64,000 nucleotides of DNA, from the NCBI GenBank assembly GCA_013239625.1, contig MU054220.1:5998626-6062625 (forward strand), written 5' to 3'. The notes under the pieces are model-generated. The model saw nothing but the letters and a program-made list of their open reading frames with translations. It was not told the DNA's origin and did no database searches. Positions 51,701-64,000 of the stretch are shown here, in pieces (positions within the stretch are counted from its first letter, which is position 1; every line of letters begins with the position of its first letter). This DNA comes from Lama guanicoe. Lineage: Eukaryota. Both the position numbers and the translations under genes were made by a program.

Positions 51701-54329
51701 TTCTGCATCTTATAGGGCAAGTTACATTACTGGCATAATAATAGGTTGCAAACTATTAAAGTTTGAAAATGTCAAAATGCAATCTTAAGTAATAGCTGTA
51801 AATGATAGAAAATCTCTTTCTTTAACATTGTTACCACCTCAGATGACACAAAATGGGATATTTTGCATTTACATATTTTGTTTTCCTGGTGCCATTTTTG
51901 TACTATGTTCTACTCAAATGTATTTATGGAGCAAGATGCAAAATATCAAGGACAGGAAGGGAGATGTATAAGGTAGAGAAGGAAGAGAGGAAGAGAGAGA
52001 GATAGATGGAAAAAGCAGAAAAAGCAAGAACTCAATTTTTATCATTATTGGTTTTATCTGTTTAGAATCAAGCACATCTGTTTTTAGCAAGACTAAAGTC
52101 TGTAAATAATTTTCCTGGCCTCAACTGTCTCATTTAAAAGATAAAGGGTCAGAATTGATGATCTCAAGCCCAGAAATCTCATTCAAATGAGCTTTATGTC
52201 TGGATGTCAGGTTTCTGCCGTAATGGATTTTGTGTAGCAGCTATCCTTACAGACAGAGTATTGTTAGTACATCAAATGACATGGTTGAACCTGACCACAA
52301 GATCAATTAGGCTCCTGGTTTCATGTTCCTATAGCTGTTTTGATGTTTTTGGTAGGTGTTAGATGTTCTGAAAGACTCTAATGAGTCTAGTTTAAATAAG
52401 TAAGTTGCTCTTGTAATGTCAACAGGCTAAAAGGTGTAGAGTTACTATTTGTTCATTATTTAGATTTCACTGTGTCATTTCTATATAAATTTTATTTTAG
52501 AAAAATAAACGCAATGCTTTTCCTTATGCTTCTGTCAATATTATCACTAAATTGATAAGAGATCTCTACATGTGACAATCAGTAAGTCTTCTAGAACAAT
52601 AGCCATGAAGTATCATTGATGCTCTTGTCATGTGTAAGTCACCTTGCAGGTGTTCAGTGGGCTTCACCATCAGTATTTAATGAGAGCTTAGAATTATATG
52701 TCATTTTCCCCTTGAGAAATGGGAATCTAGTAGGAAATATGTCCCATAACTCAGGAAGGCACTCATGTATGTTGAGCTACAGTTCTTTGTGGTCCACATA
52801 TGGATAATGATGGTGGAGCCTAGCACAGTGTCTGGTACATAATAGACAATTTGTCTATTATGAATGATATTTGTTGTAAGGGTTTATAAATGTTTGTTGA
52901 CAAACAAATGCATGACCTTTCCACATCCTCTCTGAATTTTCTTGGAGTGCACATATACTTAAAAAAAAAAGCAACAATACTCATGCAATCCCTATTCTAA
53001 AGACTAAAATCCGCAATCATGAACTTAACTCAGATCAGTTCAATCAGTAATTGGTCTTGGGCTCTTTTTGATATTACATTGTTCCATCTGGAAGTCACTG
53101 CTGGAGGAAACAGATATCTTACTGTACTATTGGATAAAATCTTACTTTTCCAAAAGAAACTGCAGATTCATGAGAAAAGTCGAGCACTTTGAGGGGTTTT
53201 CTCCAGTGATGCCATTCATCACTGAGGCTGCAACGGAACTGCTTTGCCAGAGCACATCATTAGCAGCCTCGTCCAGCTCTCCGTATCTTACGCTTCCACG
53301 GCGCTCAGCTGTTGTTCCCACCTGGCACCAGAAATGCAACTCAAGGAAAGAAACTGCAGAAGAGAAATAAAACATGAAGAAGAAGCTGGGATTGAAGCCT
53401 GATGAAGTGAAACGAGCATAGGGTCTGGGAGAAATAGAATCTAAATTCTGATTTACTCATTGCCACCACCCCTCTCTGAGAGTACTGGTCCCATCTCTTC
53501 CATCATTCTCCTGCCTCTAGAAAGCTTTCTAGGATGGAGAAAAATAGAGAAAAGGAGAGATGATATGAGTGCTACAGAAATATCAATTAGGCCCAATGCT
53601 GAATTAAAAGGAAACCCAATCAACATCAGGAAGAGATTTTGAAGAGGTGAAAAAGCATCCTACCCTGCAATAGACCTCAACAGCAGCCCTGCCCATTCCC
53701 CTCTTGCTGAGTGAGGGAGTCTGATTGGGAGATAGAACTGCAGAGTTTAAAGGGGATGAAGAAATTCAGGAGCTTTCTGATCTCAAGCCTCGTTTCAAAG
53801 CTTTAGGTGTCCGAGATCATCTAAGGTTTCTGTGACTCTGGAACTTACACATTTAATTATTTAGAGCTAGATAGACTAGCCTGAGCCAAGAAAAGCAGAA
53901 GGGAAAGCCAGTTAGCATAAGATTTGCTCCTGATGTGTAAGGACAAAGGAGAAAAAGTATCGAGTATCACTGAGATACACCAGTGTAGGTCAAAAAAGAG
54001 CGAAAGAGGTGAGGACTTAGGGCAGACTCATGATGTGACTACCATGGCATATTAGAAATGATCATTATCCATATTTGTGATGATAGTTTTATAGGAATCT
54101 ATTTATCTATATGGCTAATAATATTTTCTCTATTATAATACATAGAAAATATATATTCAACAAAGCTGTATATATACTATATACACATATAGACTACATA
54201 TACTATATATATTCAAAACTGTTAAAAATTGTACACTTTAATGTAAGTGCATATTATTAATACAATTCATATACATAGCAAAATAAAGGAAAAAACATAA
54301 CTGTACACAGGAATGAAACATTTAGAAAC

Positions 54330-54700
54330 TGTTTTTAATCAACTTTATCTAGATATAATCTACATACAATAAAATTCACACAACTTAAATATATAGGTCA
54401 ATGACTTTTGAAAATACGAAATACCTGCATAACCAGCACTCTAATCAAGATATAAAGCACCTTCATCTTCTGGAAAGCTGTCCTTCACCCCTTTCCAGTC
54501 AGTCTTTGTTATGTTACTTCCTGACCCAGAGAGTTTTGATCATTATAAATTTTTTTCCTGGTTTCTTGTCACCAGCTTCTTTATATCTGCAAAATATCTG
54601 ATATTCATCTATGTTGTTTTGTTTATAGTACTTTATTCATTTTTATTTCTGCATAATTTTTCATTGTATGGATATACCGCAATTTGCTTGATGGACATTT
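54330..54700 (-). mobile_element. Old L1 (L1M) 3' fragment
   Basis: 'aactttatctagatataatctacatacaataaaattcacacaacttaaa' and 'ttcattgtatggatataccgcaatttgc'. Confidence 0.65.
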
Positions 54701-54934
54701 AAAGACCTGCAAAATCTCAAGAAAAAAGTATGTGTATAAAACACAAAGATTCAGGGTGTGGTAACAGAGAAGACAAAAACACTTCTTATGGTGATGCTGA
54801 AGTCTCTCATAGGGCTTCAGGAGAGATTCTAAAACAAATAAAAAAAAGTGTCTCTTTTCTCCTTCAATTGCCTTAGTATCTTTATTGAAAATAAGTTGGA
54901 ATTAATATGTGTGGGTCTATTTCTGGGCTCTCTT

Positions 54935-55353
54935 CTCTGAGACATACCTACAGTATGAACTAGGTGTGTAGACAGAGAGGAACCTAGAAAAGCCTGGTTG
55001 TCAAAATTCCTCCCCATGTCCCATTGTCTCTGCATGGTCCCACAAGCATTTATTTACCAAACATGTGCTTACCAAACGTTCGTTTTTCCATCTCCATGTA
55101 AATTGCTTTCTTCCCCTTTGAAGTCCCAAACCTCTACCCGCAACATCCTCTTCTGTCTTTAGCTGAAGATGATGTTTAAGGGAGGGCTTTGGCCGTTTTG
55201 TTGAGTAACTTGGTTTTCCTGGGTCCTTCCCATGTATACGCATTACTAAACTTTCGTTTGATTTTCTCCTGTTAATTTGGTTCATACCAATTTAATTTTT
55301 AGACAAGGCAGAGGAACCCAAAAGCGTAGAGGAAAATTTCTTCCTCCCGCACA
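54935..55353 (+). mobile_element. ERV1-class LTR (MER34/MER39-like), 5' boundary uncertain
   Basis: 'gtaaattgctttcttcccctttgaagtcccaaacc...ctttagctgaagatgatgtttaag...ttttctcctgttaatttg...gaggaaaatttcttcctcccgcaca', ending in CA. Confidence 0.75.
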
Positions 55354-56444
55354 GCAAGAAAGGCAAATTACAGCCCCTTCTTACATATTCCATTTGAAAA
55401 CATTTGAAAATAATGGCAAGAGAAGTGAGAGATTAGCTGGATCAAATTGAGTACACATTTCCGAAAGTAGGTGCACAGCTACCTGCTTAGATAGCAAAGA
55501 ACAGCCCCTTGTCTGCTACTTATTTCCCATCATGAATTAGTTTCCCGTCACCTATCTGCTGTTTGTGTACCCTGCCTTTGACGCTGCTTAGTCAATATGT
55601 GTCTGTCATTCTAAGAATTCTGCTACAAACAGACTTCCTCGTCTTTTCCAGTGCTTTCCTCGACGCCCTTTCCTTATTCCACCCATTTTCAGGGTTTATG
55701 TTTGTGGATTTTTTTTTTTATTACATCTGATTTGAGCTTCTTAATTTTCAACAGCTACAGTCCACACAGACTCTGATTCTCATTCTGATCTGTGTTGCCA
55801 GAATTTTACTGAGCTTGTGAATCAATGTTCAAAATAACCTGCACAAATTGGGCTGTAGTAATATTAGAGTATTTCACTCTAAAGAGAGGGCTGCTGTTTC
55901 CTATGGTGGAAGACGTACCTAACTCACGCACATCAATCAGCTCTAATTTCCCAGAGCAAATCTGCTTGCAACGTGGTTTATTTTCAAGAAGGTTGCAAAT
56001 GAGCCTACCTCAAGGAAATCCCAGAATGCAATGCTTAGCATAAATGGTTAAATTTGCATGAGTGAAATGAAATCAGTATTTGAGATACGTGGATCATGCA
56101 GATTTACAGGAAGTTAAAAACAAGATGGTCTGACCTGGTTAGGAAAGGCTTCTTCAACGAGAGAAGTTAACATTTAAACTGAAACTGTAAAAAATGTGTT
56201 ATAATCAAGTACCATGGTAAGGATAACAAAATATGTGAGAATAGATAGTCTTCAGGACTCATTAAGCATGGTGAAGGCATTATATTCTATCAGAGAAATT
56301 TAATTAATGTTTAGCCCTTCTACTTCATTCATTCATTATTTTATTCATCCAACTTCCATTCACAATCAATCCAAGTATTCTGTAAATCAACAGGGATTTA
56401 GGGATAAAGAATTTGTGGAGTTCAAAGCCCAGTGTGGCCAACAA

Positions 56445-56445
<1 letters not shown>

Positions 56446-56477
<32 letters not shown>

Positions 56478-56502
56478 ATGTGTGTGTGTGTGTGTGTGTG
56501 TG
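56446..56502. repeat. Compound (TA)n-(TG)n microsatellite
   Basis: Directly visible. Confidence 0.95.
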
Positions 56503-57464
56503 TAATTTATATACATACACTTATGCAGTATATGTATATACATATGTAGTAACTGCATAATCATTTACCAAACACCTCATTGTATTAGTTGCCTAATATT
56601 CTTTTCTTACAAACTAGCAAATTTGGTATTCACGTAACCACAGAGGTTTGTAGAGGTTAATCAAATTGCTCAAGGACTCACGGCTTGTAAGTTGTAGAGC
56701 TGGTTATTCAATCCAAGATTGTCTTTAGAACAAACTGTATATTCGCTTCCCCATGTCATGTTGCCTCTCTGGGAGATGTGAAAATTGCAACCGCAGAAAC
56801 ATATTCGAGGAAGTGAATTGGCCTGGGGGAAGAAGTGACTGGCAAGAGGTGTTATAAGAGTCAGTGGTTTTTAGAAACATCAAGAGCTCACAGTTCTTTC
56901 TGTTGGACAGAAAAACACCTTGTGCATGAATTAATTAAAGAATGAGCCTTTCTTTCGTTGTAGGATGTTTCACAGCTGAAATCTAGAATTAGGAGCTTTT
57001 CAAGTAAATGCTCATTGCACTCGTTTTTAGTCCCTGTTTTGTTTGTTTGTTTTTAAACCATCTAATTGCAAGTCTGACCAGAGCCATCTCTGGCCCAATT
57101 CCCTCATACCTTAGCTCAGGGTTAATATGAACTAACTGAATTTGTCTATATTAAACTGAAAGGGTCCAGGATGATTTACATTTGAATCTTTTCCAATATG
57201 AATGCCAGGCAAGCACTAAGATTTCCTCTTGTTCTCTTCAAGGAGTTCTGCTGCACAAGTAGTAAAAGTCTGCTGAGAATAAATTCAGAATCAAAATGAG
57301 TTGAAGTTAGGGATTTAGGTGAATGCTGGCATTTTTCTTCGTGAGCCAAAGCCCTGACTAATGAACTACACTGTATGTTGCAATACTTTTTTTAGTGATA
57401 GTTCCATTCTTAGCAACTACGGTGTGTCCCATTTTTGGGGAGTCCACACAACAGCCTGAGCCAA

Positions 57465-57595
57465 TGAATCTCAAAGTTTAACATGCATACAAATCACCTG
57501 GGGAGGCTTGAAAAATGCTGAATCAGGTTCAGTAAGTCTGGAGTGGGAACAAGTCTGCAGTTCTAACCAGTGCTCAGGTGATTACCATGCTCATT
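57465..57595. mobile_element. MER5A-like hAT DNA transposon relic
   Basis: 'tctcaaagtttaacatgcatacaaatcacctgggga...tcagtaagtctggagtggga...tctgcagttctaaccagtgctcaggtgat'. Confidence 0.7.
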
Positions 57596-57692
57596 TAGCT
57601 AGCAAGATGTGAGGATGTTGGAATGACGATTTCAATGTGAATTATACTTTGTTTTCTAGCCATCTCGCTTCCTACTTGTCTTGGGATATGAA

Positions 57693-57769
57693 TTATTTAG
57701 GGTTTTCCAAAGAAATAGAATTATCTATATTATTAATAACATATTAGTAATAATTAATAGAATTAACAG

Positions 57770-57806
<37 letters not shown>

Positions 57807-58185
57807 TATACACATACAGAAAGAGAGAGAGCCTTATTATGATGAATTGGCTTATGTGATAATGGATGCTAAGTCCCACAATCTACTTGAGAAGTAGGGG
57901 AGCTGATGGTATAAATCTCACTCCAAGGGCAGAAACAGATTGAAGTTCTAGCTCAAGCAGGGAGGCAGGAAGGGAAGGAATACTCCCTTCTTTCACTTTT
58001 TGTTCTATTCAGCCCCTGAATGGATCGGATGATGCCTACCCACGTTGGGGGAGGGTGATTTATTTCAGTGAGCCCATCGATTCAAACACTAATCTAGAGA
58101 AACTCTCTTAAAGACACACCCAGAAGTAATGATTAATCTGGGCACCCCACAGTCCAGTCTATTTGACATGTCAAATTAACCACCA
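57693..58185 (-). mobile_element. MLT2-type ERV-L LTR containing a (TA)n expansion
   Basis: 'gaattggcttatgtgataatgga...ttgttctattcagcccctgaatggatcggatgatgcctacccacgttggggagggtgat...agacacacccagaagtaatg...ttgacatgtcaaattaaccacca'. Confidence 0.85.
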
Positions 58186-59381
58186 GAGGATACATAGGAG
58201 ATGAAGTAAAGATTATATAACACACGGGAAAAAAATCAAGGGTGAGTGGCAAATAGTAGGTTTTCCAAACTTGATCTTATTGTATGTATTTCAAGGTACA
58301 GTGAGGGAGCCCAAAGCTGATTAAGAAATACTTCGTATTCTTGGTCGTGCTTTCCCACTATCCGTGGTGAGGACCTGTTTTTCTACCACTCCCTCTCAGC
58401 CCATTAGTTTATAAAAATACAATAAAAATGAATTACTAAAAAATAACATGAAAGAGAAGTTGAAAATCTAAGAATTCAAAAACTTTTAGATTCAAGAGAT
58501 GTAAAATTTCTATTACCTTCATATAAAAGGTCCCAGTGTTAACTCTCAGTTCCTATAGTTATCTCCTGACTGACATCTGCCACAATACGCAGACCCCGCT
58601 TTGAGCAGCGTGACTCTAGCTGTGACTGGTTTAGCAGGATACACAATAAATGCATTCACCACAGGGTGGTACACGATGAAGCACAGCGCTCTGCACGTCA
58701 TGAACACTCACTAACAGCCTGTTAACTGCTCCACGACGATTCTGGATCTTTTTCATATAAGTCATAGTGAAACGTTATTTTCATATTCTGCATTTCCTTC
58801 CTGTGTAGATTCCTCCAGTTTGCTCCCTCTGGCCTTTCGCTTAAAAAAAAAAAAAAAAGGCATCCAACTAGCCTCACTGTTACTGAATGCAAGAAGAAAT
58901 GTAAGATGAGGTGTGTTTGAGGTGGCTACAGAAAAAGAGACCATTATTTTAATAGGATTTGGCAGCTTCAGAGAAGAGTTGACCAACAGTGAGTGAGTTA
59001 GGAATTTTTTTTTCCTAATCATAAACTGAGATAAATATTCTTTATTTCTTTTTTTTTTCTTATATATACTTTTTTTTTCTTCTGGCAGGGGGGTAGCAAG
59101 TAAGAGCTTTAGACTGTAGCCAGTTCATGAGAGGTCACCTTTATAAAACGTGTTCAGTAGAAAATGCGTAACACACCTGCTGGTTTGGACATTTTCCTCC
59201 AACATTTGCCGATCCACTCCGTGTGCCAGCATACAGAACTTTCTTATTGGGGGAACATTCTCCTCAGCTGAAATACAGTCTGAAATACTTGGCTTCCTAA
59301 AAATGTTAATTATTGTGCAATTGGCTGTTTTTAACTGACTCAACTGCAGTATTAGTACAATCTGGAAATAAAGAAACTGTT

Positions 59382-59812
59382 CCTTTGCACAACATGGATG
59401 GACCTAAAGATGATCATACTAAGTGAAGCAAGTCAGAGAAAGACAAATATCACATGGTATCACTTATATGTGGAATCTAAAATAAATGATACAAATTAAC
59501 TTATTTACGAAACAGAAACAGACTCACTGACAGAGACAACAAATTTATGGTACCAAAGGAGAAAGGCTCGGTCGGGGCAATAAATTAGGAGTTTGGGATT
59601 AACAGATACACACTACTATATATAAAATAAATAAATGACAAGAACCTACTGTTTAGCACAGGGAACTATATTCAATATCTCGTAATAACCTATAGTGGAA
59701 GATAATCTGGAAAAGAATGTATATATATACATAGCTAAATGAATCACTTTGCTGTACACCTAAAACTAACACAACATTATAAATCAAGCATACGTCACTA
59801 AAAAAAAAAAAA
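59382..59812 (+). mobile_element. Young 5'-truncated L1 3' end with poly(A) tail (cetartiodactyl-type)
   Basis: 'caacatggatggacctaaagatgatcatactaagtgaag...gggattaacagatacacactactatatataaaata...cacagggaactatattcaatatctcgtaataacctat...gctgtacacctaaaactaacacaacatt' then an A run. Confidence 0.92.
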
Positions 59813-60517
59813 GATATTGGGAAAAGGAAAAAAAAAAAAGCCAAAAAACTATTCTTCCTCTTCTGCTGCAGAGTTTTTGTCCAAAGAGATAATTGGAATT
59901 TATCAGAGATTGTTTCTTGTTTTCCCCCACAATACTCTGTCTCATTTTATTTCTAATTTTGAGAAAAGTGAATGTATCAAAATTTAGACAATTGAATAAC
60001 ACATTATAAAATGATAACTCCCTAAGTGGTTATGCTAAGAGGATTCCTCAGTTAATATCCAAGACCTAAAGGACGAAGAACTCATCCAGGCATGTGGACT
60101 AGCTTTGGGTATTATGGTTTTATTAACAAATGTGACATTTTCATTCAGATTTCTTGGTCTTGAGATCTTACACTGATGTCTACAGGTGCTCCCTTTTAAA
60201 CAACCTTAAGTAAATCTCCTTGTAATTGTTTAGATGTTAAATACGATCTATTTACTCTAGTTAATTCACTAGATAAAATTTCATTAGACTACTAACAGGG
60301 ATTTCCATTTCTCATTAGAGTTTTTCTCTGTGGCCAGATAAGGGCTGCCTGAGCACCAAGACATGGGCTGCAAAGTTGGGAGTAGCTGTTTTCTCTAATA
60401 TTTTTCCTTAACAATTCCTATTTTGGGTTCATAAGCTATGCTAATTTATGAGATGAAAATTTGAGAATGAAATGCACTTTTTAGAATGACCTATGTATTA
60501 TCTATGGGTAGAAAAAT

Positions 60518-60538
60518 TATATATATATATATAATATA

Positions 60539-60574
<36 letters not shown>

Positions 60575-60588
60575 CACACATACATACA
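60518..60588. repeat. (TA)n/(CA)n microsatellite
   Basis: Directly visible. Confidence 0.9.
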
Positions 60589-60609
60589 CCTTGTCCTGAG
60601 TAAATGTCA

Positions 60610-60815
60610 GGTTAAAAGCATTGGAGTCAGTTGAATTCTGGGTCCACTCTTCACCAGCTGTGAGACCTTAGAAATGCTGCTTCACATCTCTGAGCTCTAG
60701 TTTTCTCATCTTCAAAGTGGTTATAATGAGTGAACTGACCTCATAGAGTTTTCCTGAGCATCAAGTGTGATAGTGCTTGTTAAATTCTTAGCATGAATTC
60801 TGGAATATAATAAAT
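60610..60815 (+). mobile_element. MIR SINE relic
   Basis: 'ttggagtcagttgaattctgggtccactcttcaccagctgtgagacctt...ctctgagctctagttttctcatc'. Confidence 0.7.
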
Positions 60816-60819
60816 ACTA

Positions 60820-60955
60820 TGAATGAACAGCCAGATGAAGAGATGCCCAGGGCAAGGGCCAGGAGGGTCCTGAGAACGGGTGCTCCTGTCCCTGTGGAGT
60901 TGGGGCATGCCATTCCCTCAGTACGCAGATGTATTCATCAACCCGGAAGCTTTTC
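60820..60955. mobile_element. MER21-like LTR fragment
   Basis: 'gaacagccagatgaagagatgcccagggcaagg...tgtccctgtggagttgggg...gatgtattcatcaacccggaagct'. Confidence 0.6.
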
Positions 60956-63564
60956 CTGGAGTAATGATACCTAGAAATCAGGATAATATGAGAGACCCCA
61001 AGGGGACCTGAGAGTGTGCATCCACAGTCTTTCCACAGTCATCTCCTATGACTAGGTTGTTCAGCAGCAATTAGAAATAATTAACCATGTAGCAGCGGAA
61101 AGTCCAGTGGTGGTATAGGGCAGTAGGACTAAAACTTAAATGTCCAGAGAAGCTTCGAATGTGAAAATCAAGATTAGAGCAGAGCCAGGAAGTGCTGTGG
61201 TTTTTAATAACCAGAAATAAACCTTAGTCTGAGTGGAAGGACACTTGCTCAGTCAGGACCAGAGTAAAGCAATCCAGGTAGCCCAAAACCAAAGCAATAG
61301 AAAACGTAAAATGCCTCCTGAATTTCCTTCTAGATCAGGTTTATTTGGCAGATGCCTACCCTTTTATAATTTCTCTTGGATTTGGACAGTGGTAGGTTGG
61401 CTCTTGAAGGTATAAAAAAGTCACTTTGCTGCTGTCAACCCAGAATAGTGTAAAGTTCTATATATGGTAGCACGAGAAATGGGGGTATGTGATTATAAAT
61501 TTAACAAACTGATAGATGCTGCAACATAATAAGTTGTCTTTCCCATCTCAACACCAACTCACCAAGGAGACTCGGATAGTTTTTGTAAGCTCAGTGGTCC
61601 CCGTTGTCCTTCTTTATAGCAACTAGTACATACCTTTCTCAAATCTCCCTGAATGATGCCCATTTTTGGTACCTACTGGAAGTCAACATTGTTCCAAACA
61701 GCAATTCTTAGAAATTAGGTGCACAGTCTCTATTTCATATTCTGTGAGTTCAGTATAGACTCCACAACCTATAACTCTGATCCTGAGCAAATTATATAAC
61801 CATGTTCATTTTCATACATGTAAACTGGGAATCGTAAGACTACCAGCAGATGACTGTTGTGAGAAGATGAAATGAAATAAGCACGTGCCGTGTTCACAAT
61901 GCTGATTGCCATCACTAACATTATGGGGGAAAAATAAAGTATTCAAAAAAGATGAGGACATCAGGAATGGGCACGGAAGTCAGGAGCTGGACAGTCTGAG
62001 CTGTTTGTCTTCTGAGAATTACACGAGACAGTGCAGAACTCTCTGATGTCCAAGGCAACGCCACATGAAATGGGTGAATGGTATACAATGATTCCCTCTT
62101 GAAAATAAATTTATCCTGAGAAAGACACTAAGTTGTAAAAAAGAAAAAATCACAAGAACTCATTTTTTTTTTAATTTGTCCAAAGTGAGAAATTGGCCTG
62201 ATTCTGAAGCCGAGCATCCAAAGGAAGAGAGATAATGGCTTTTGCCTGGAAACAAGCAAAGAGCCAGTTTGAAATTTTTGCTAAAATACTCTAATGAAAC
62301 CACCTCATTGTCTCTGAATAATCATCTTTTTGGATCATCCTTGAAAATCAAATTCTTTGGAGTTTAAGAAATAACAATTTTTTTGAAAGGAAGTTTTATA
62401 ACTTTAATAAACCTATATGTGTAGTCGTTGTGAAAAAATGTTGTCCTGCTCAAATAATATTTCTAACAAACTTCATTTGGGAAATCTAATCTACAGAAAT
62501 AAGAGCATTAGTACATCAGGATTTATGTATAAAATTTGTTTATTTCAGTATTTTTATGGCAGCAAAATAAAGATTATGCAATAATAGGAAACAGTGGATA
62601 GATTATATATAGCAACTGATAATATTAAAAGTATTATGTAGCTATTGAAAACAATAGGTTAGGTCAATACACATTGATAAGGAAAGGAAGAAAGGACGGT
62701 AGAAGGGAAAGAGAGAGAGGGGAAGAAACGGTAGCCCGGAATTTCTAAATTTGACAAATCAGGAAACTCATTTCAACAAATTAGGGAAATCATGTAAATT
62801 TTCTCATGGTTTTATGAAAACTACTTTGGGTTATTTGTCTCTTAGAACTCATAATGTGATTTAAACCTGCAGTACTTATTTGATTTCCTGTCCATTTTAT
62901 ACTGAGTGATTATTGAATGAGAAGAAACAAACTTACCCAGATACTTGTGGAACTTCTCATTTTTGTATCAACATTTCTCTCAATTTATGCATAGTCTCCA
63001 TCTTTAGATCTGTAATCCTTAGAGTTTTGAAGTACAAAGACCTCATTGGAGAATACCAAGAAAACAAAGAACATGGCACATACGCACAAGGGTAACACAC
63101 TGAGTCTGTCTGAGAATGAGGCCAACACACAAAGTAGAGCTGAGAAATGAGCCCTGATGGTATTGTTGTAGAGGTCTGTGATGAAAGTCAGCTCAATGCG
63201 CAGATGTTCAGATAAAGAAGCCAATGTATTTTACTTTGAGCAAGTTTGAGTTGGGTTTCTCAGACTTTAGATAGATACCTCTTGCATCTACTAGAAAATG
63301 AAACAGAGAAGATGGGTGAAGATATGATTAGATATAGCAGTGGCAGAAAGTTGAAATAATACCAATCTTGTAACATCAGTGTTCTCCATTGAAATAAAGT
63401 GATTTCTGAAAGAAGACAGAGCTACTGGGTATCAGACAAGCATAGAAAATATGAAAAGATTGTGTCAACTGAACTGTATACAGAAACACAGTGTAATGTC
63501 CTGGTTCAATTAATTTCTCAGACTCTAATATCAAAAAGTACACTTCTTATCAGGATGGAAGAGT

Positions 63565-63730
63565 GCATGAGGAGGGCTTCTGGGGTATGGATAATTAACA
63601 TTCTGTTTCTTGATTTGATGTCAGTTATAAGGGTATGTTGATAATGTAAAATTCACCAAGCTGTACACTTAGAATATTGGTACTTTTTTATATGCATGTA
63701 ATAATTCAACAAAATTTCAAAAACAAAAAA
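63565..63730 (+). mobile_element. Old L1 (L1MC/ME-like) 3' end
   Basis: 'gagggcttctgggg...ttctgtttcttgatttg...gtaaaattcaccaagctgtacacttagaat' followed by an A-rich tail. Confidence 0.7.
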
Positions 63731-64000
63731 GAGTACATTTATTTTATTCAAAAATATATAAAAGTTAACACTTAACAACAAATTTTATAATGTTTTTCTT
63801 TTTCTTAATTGTTTTTGTTTTTTTAATCATTTTTGTTTTTTTAATTATTTGTATTTTTTTTAATTTAAGTCCCCTCACGATGTTGTGTTAACCTAACAAT
63901 GATTTTTTAAAAAAAGAAAGTTTGAAACATGCAAAATCCTACAAACTTGGGATATTTCCCTTTTGGGATGTTATGGTTCATTCTCTTCCCACATGGAAAA

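Overview
This is AT-rich, CpG-depleted, repeat-rich mammalian DNA, either intergenic or inside a long intron. I recognise no protein-coding gene, RNA gene or CpG island, and the long ORFs in the track are transposon remnants or low-complexity artefacts. The window holds many L1 fragments, L2 and MIR relics, several MaLR/ERVL/ERV1 LTRs, a decayed ~3 kb ERV-L pro/pol internal region and microsatellites. The youngest L1 3' ends resemble cetartiodactyl L1, and I saw no Alu, B1/B2, Can-SINE, PRE-1 or Bov-tA/BovB elements, so a camelid-like genome is inferred but not proven. The most interesting unexplained signals are exon-like segments with good splice sites (mostly on the minus strand, possibly an unannotated spliced lncRNA, and including a 15-nt microexon candidate) and motif clusters suggestive of enhancers or CTCF sites. 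There are also clear retrotransposition scars: a twin-priming inversion, target-site duplications and nested insertions. I found no convincing novel biological system. Repeat family names come from recalled consensus sequences, not a database search, and boundaries are approximate unless stated.
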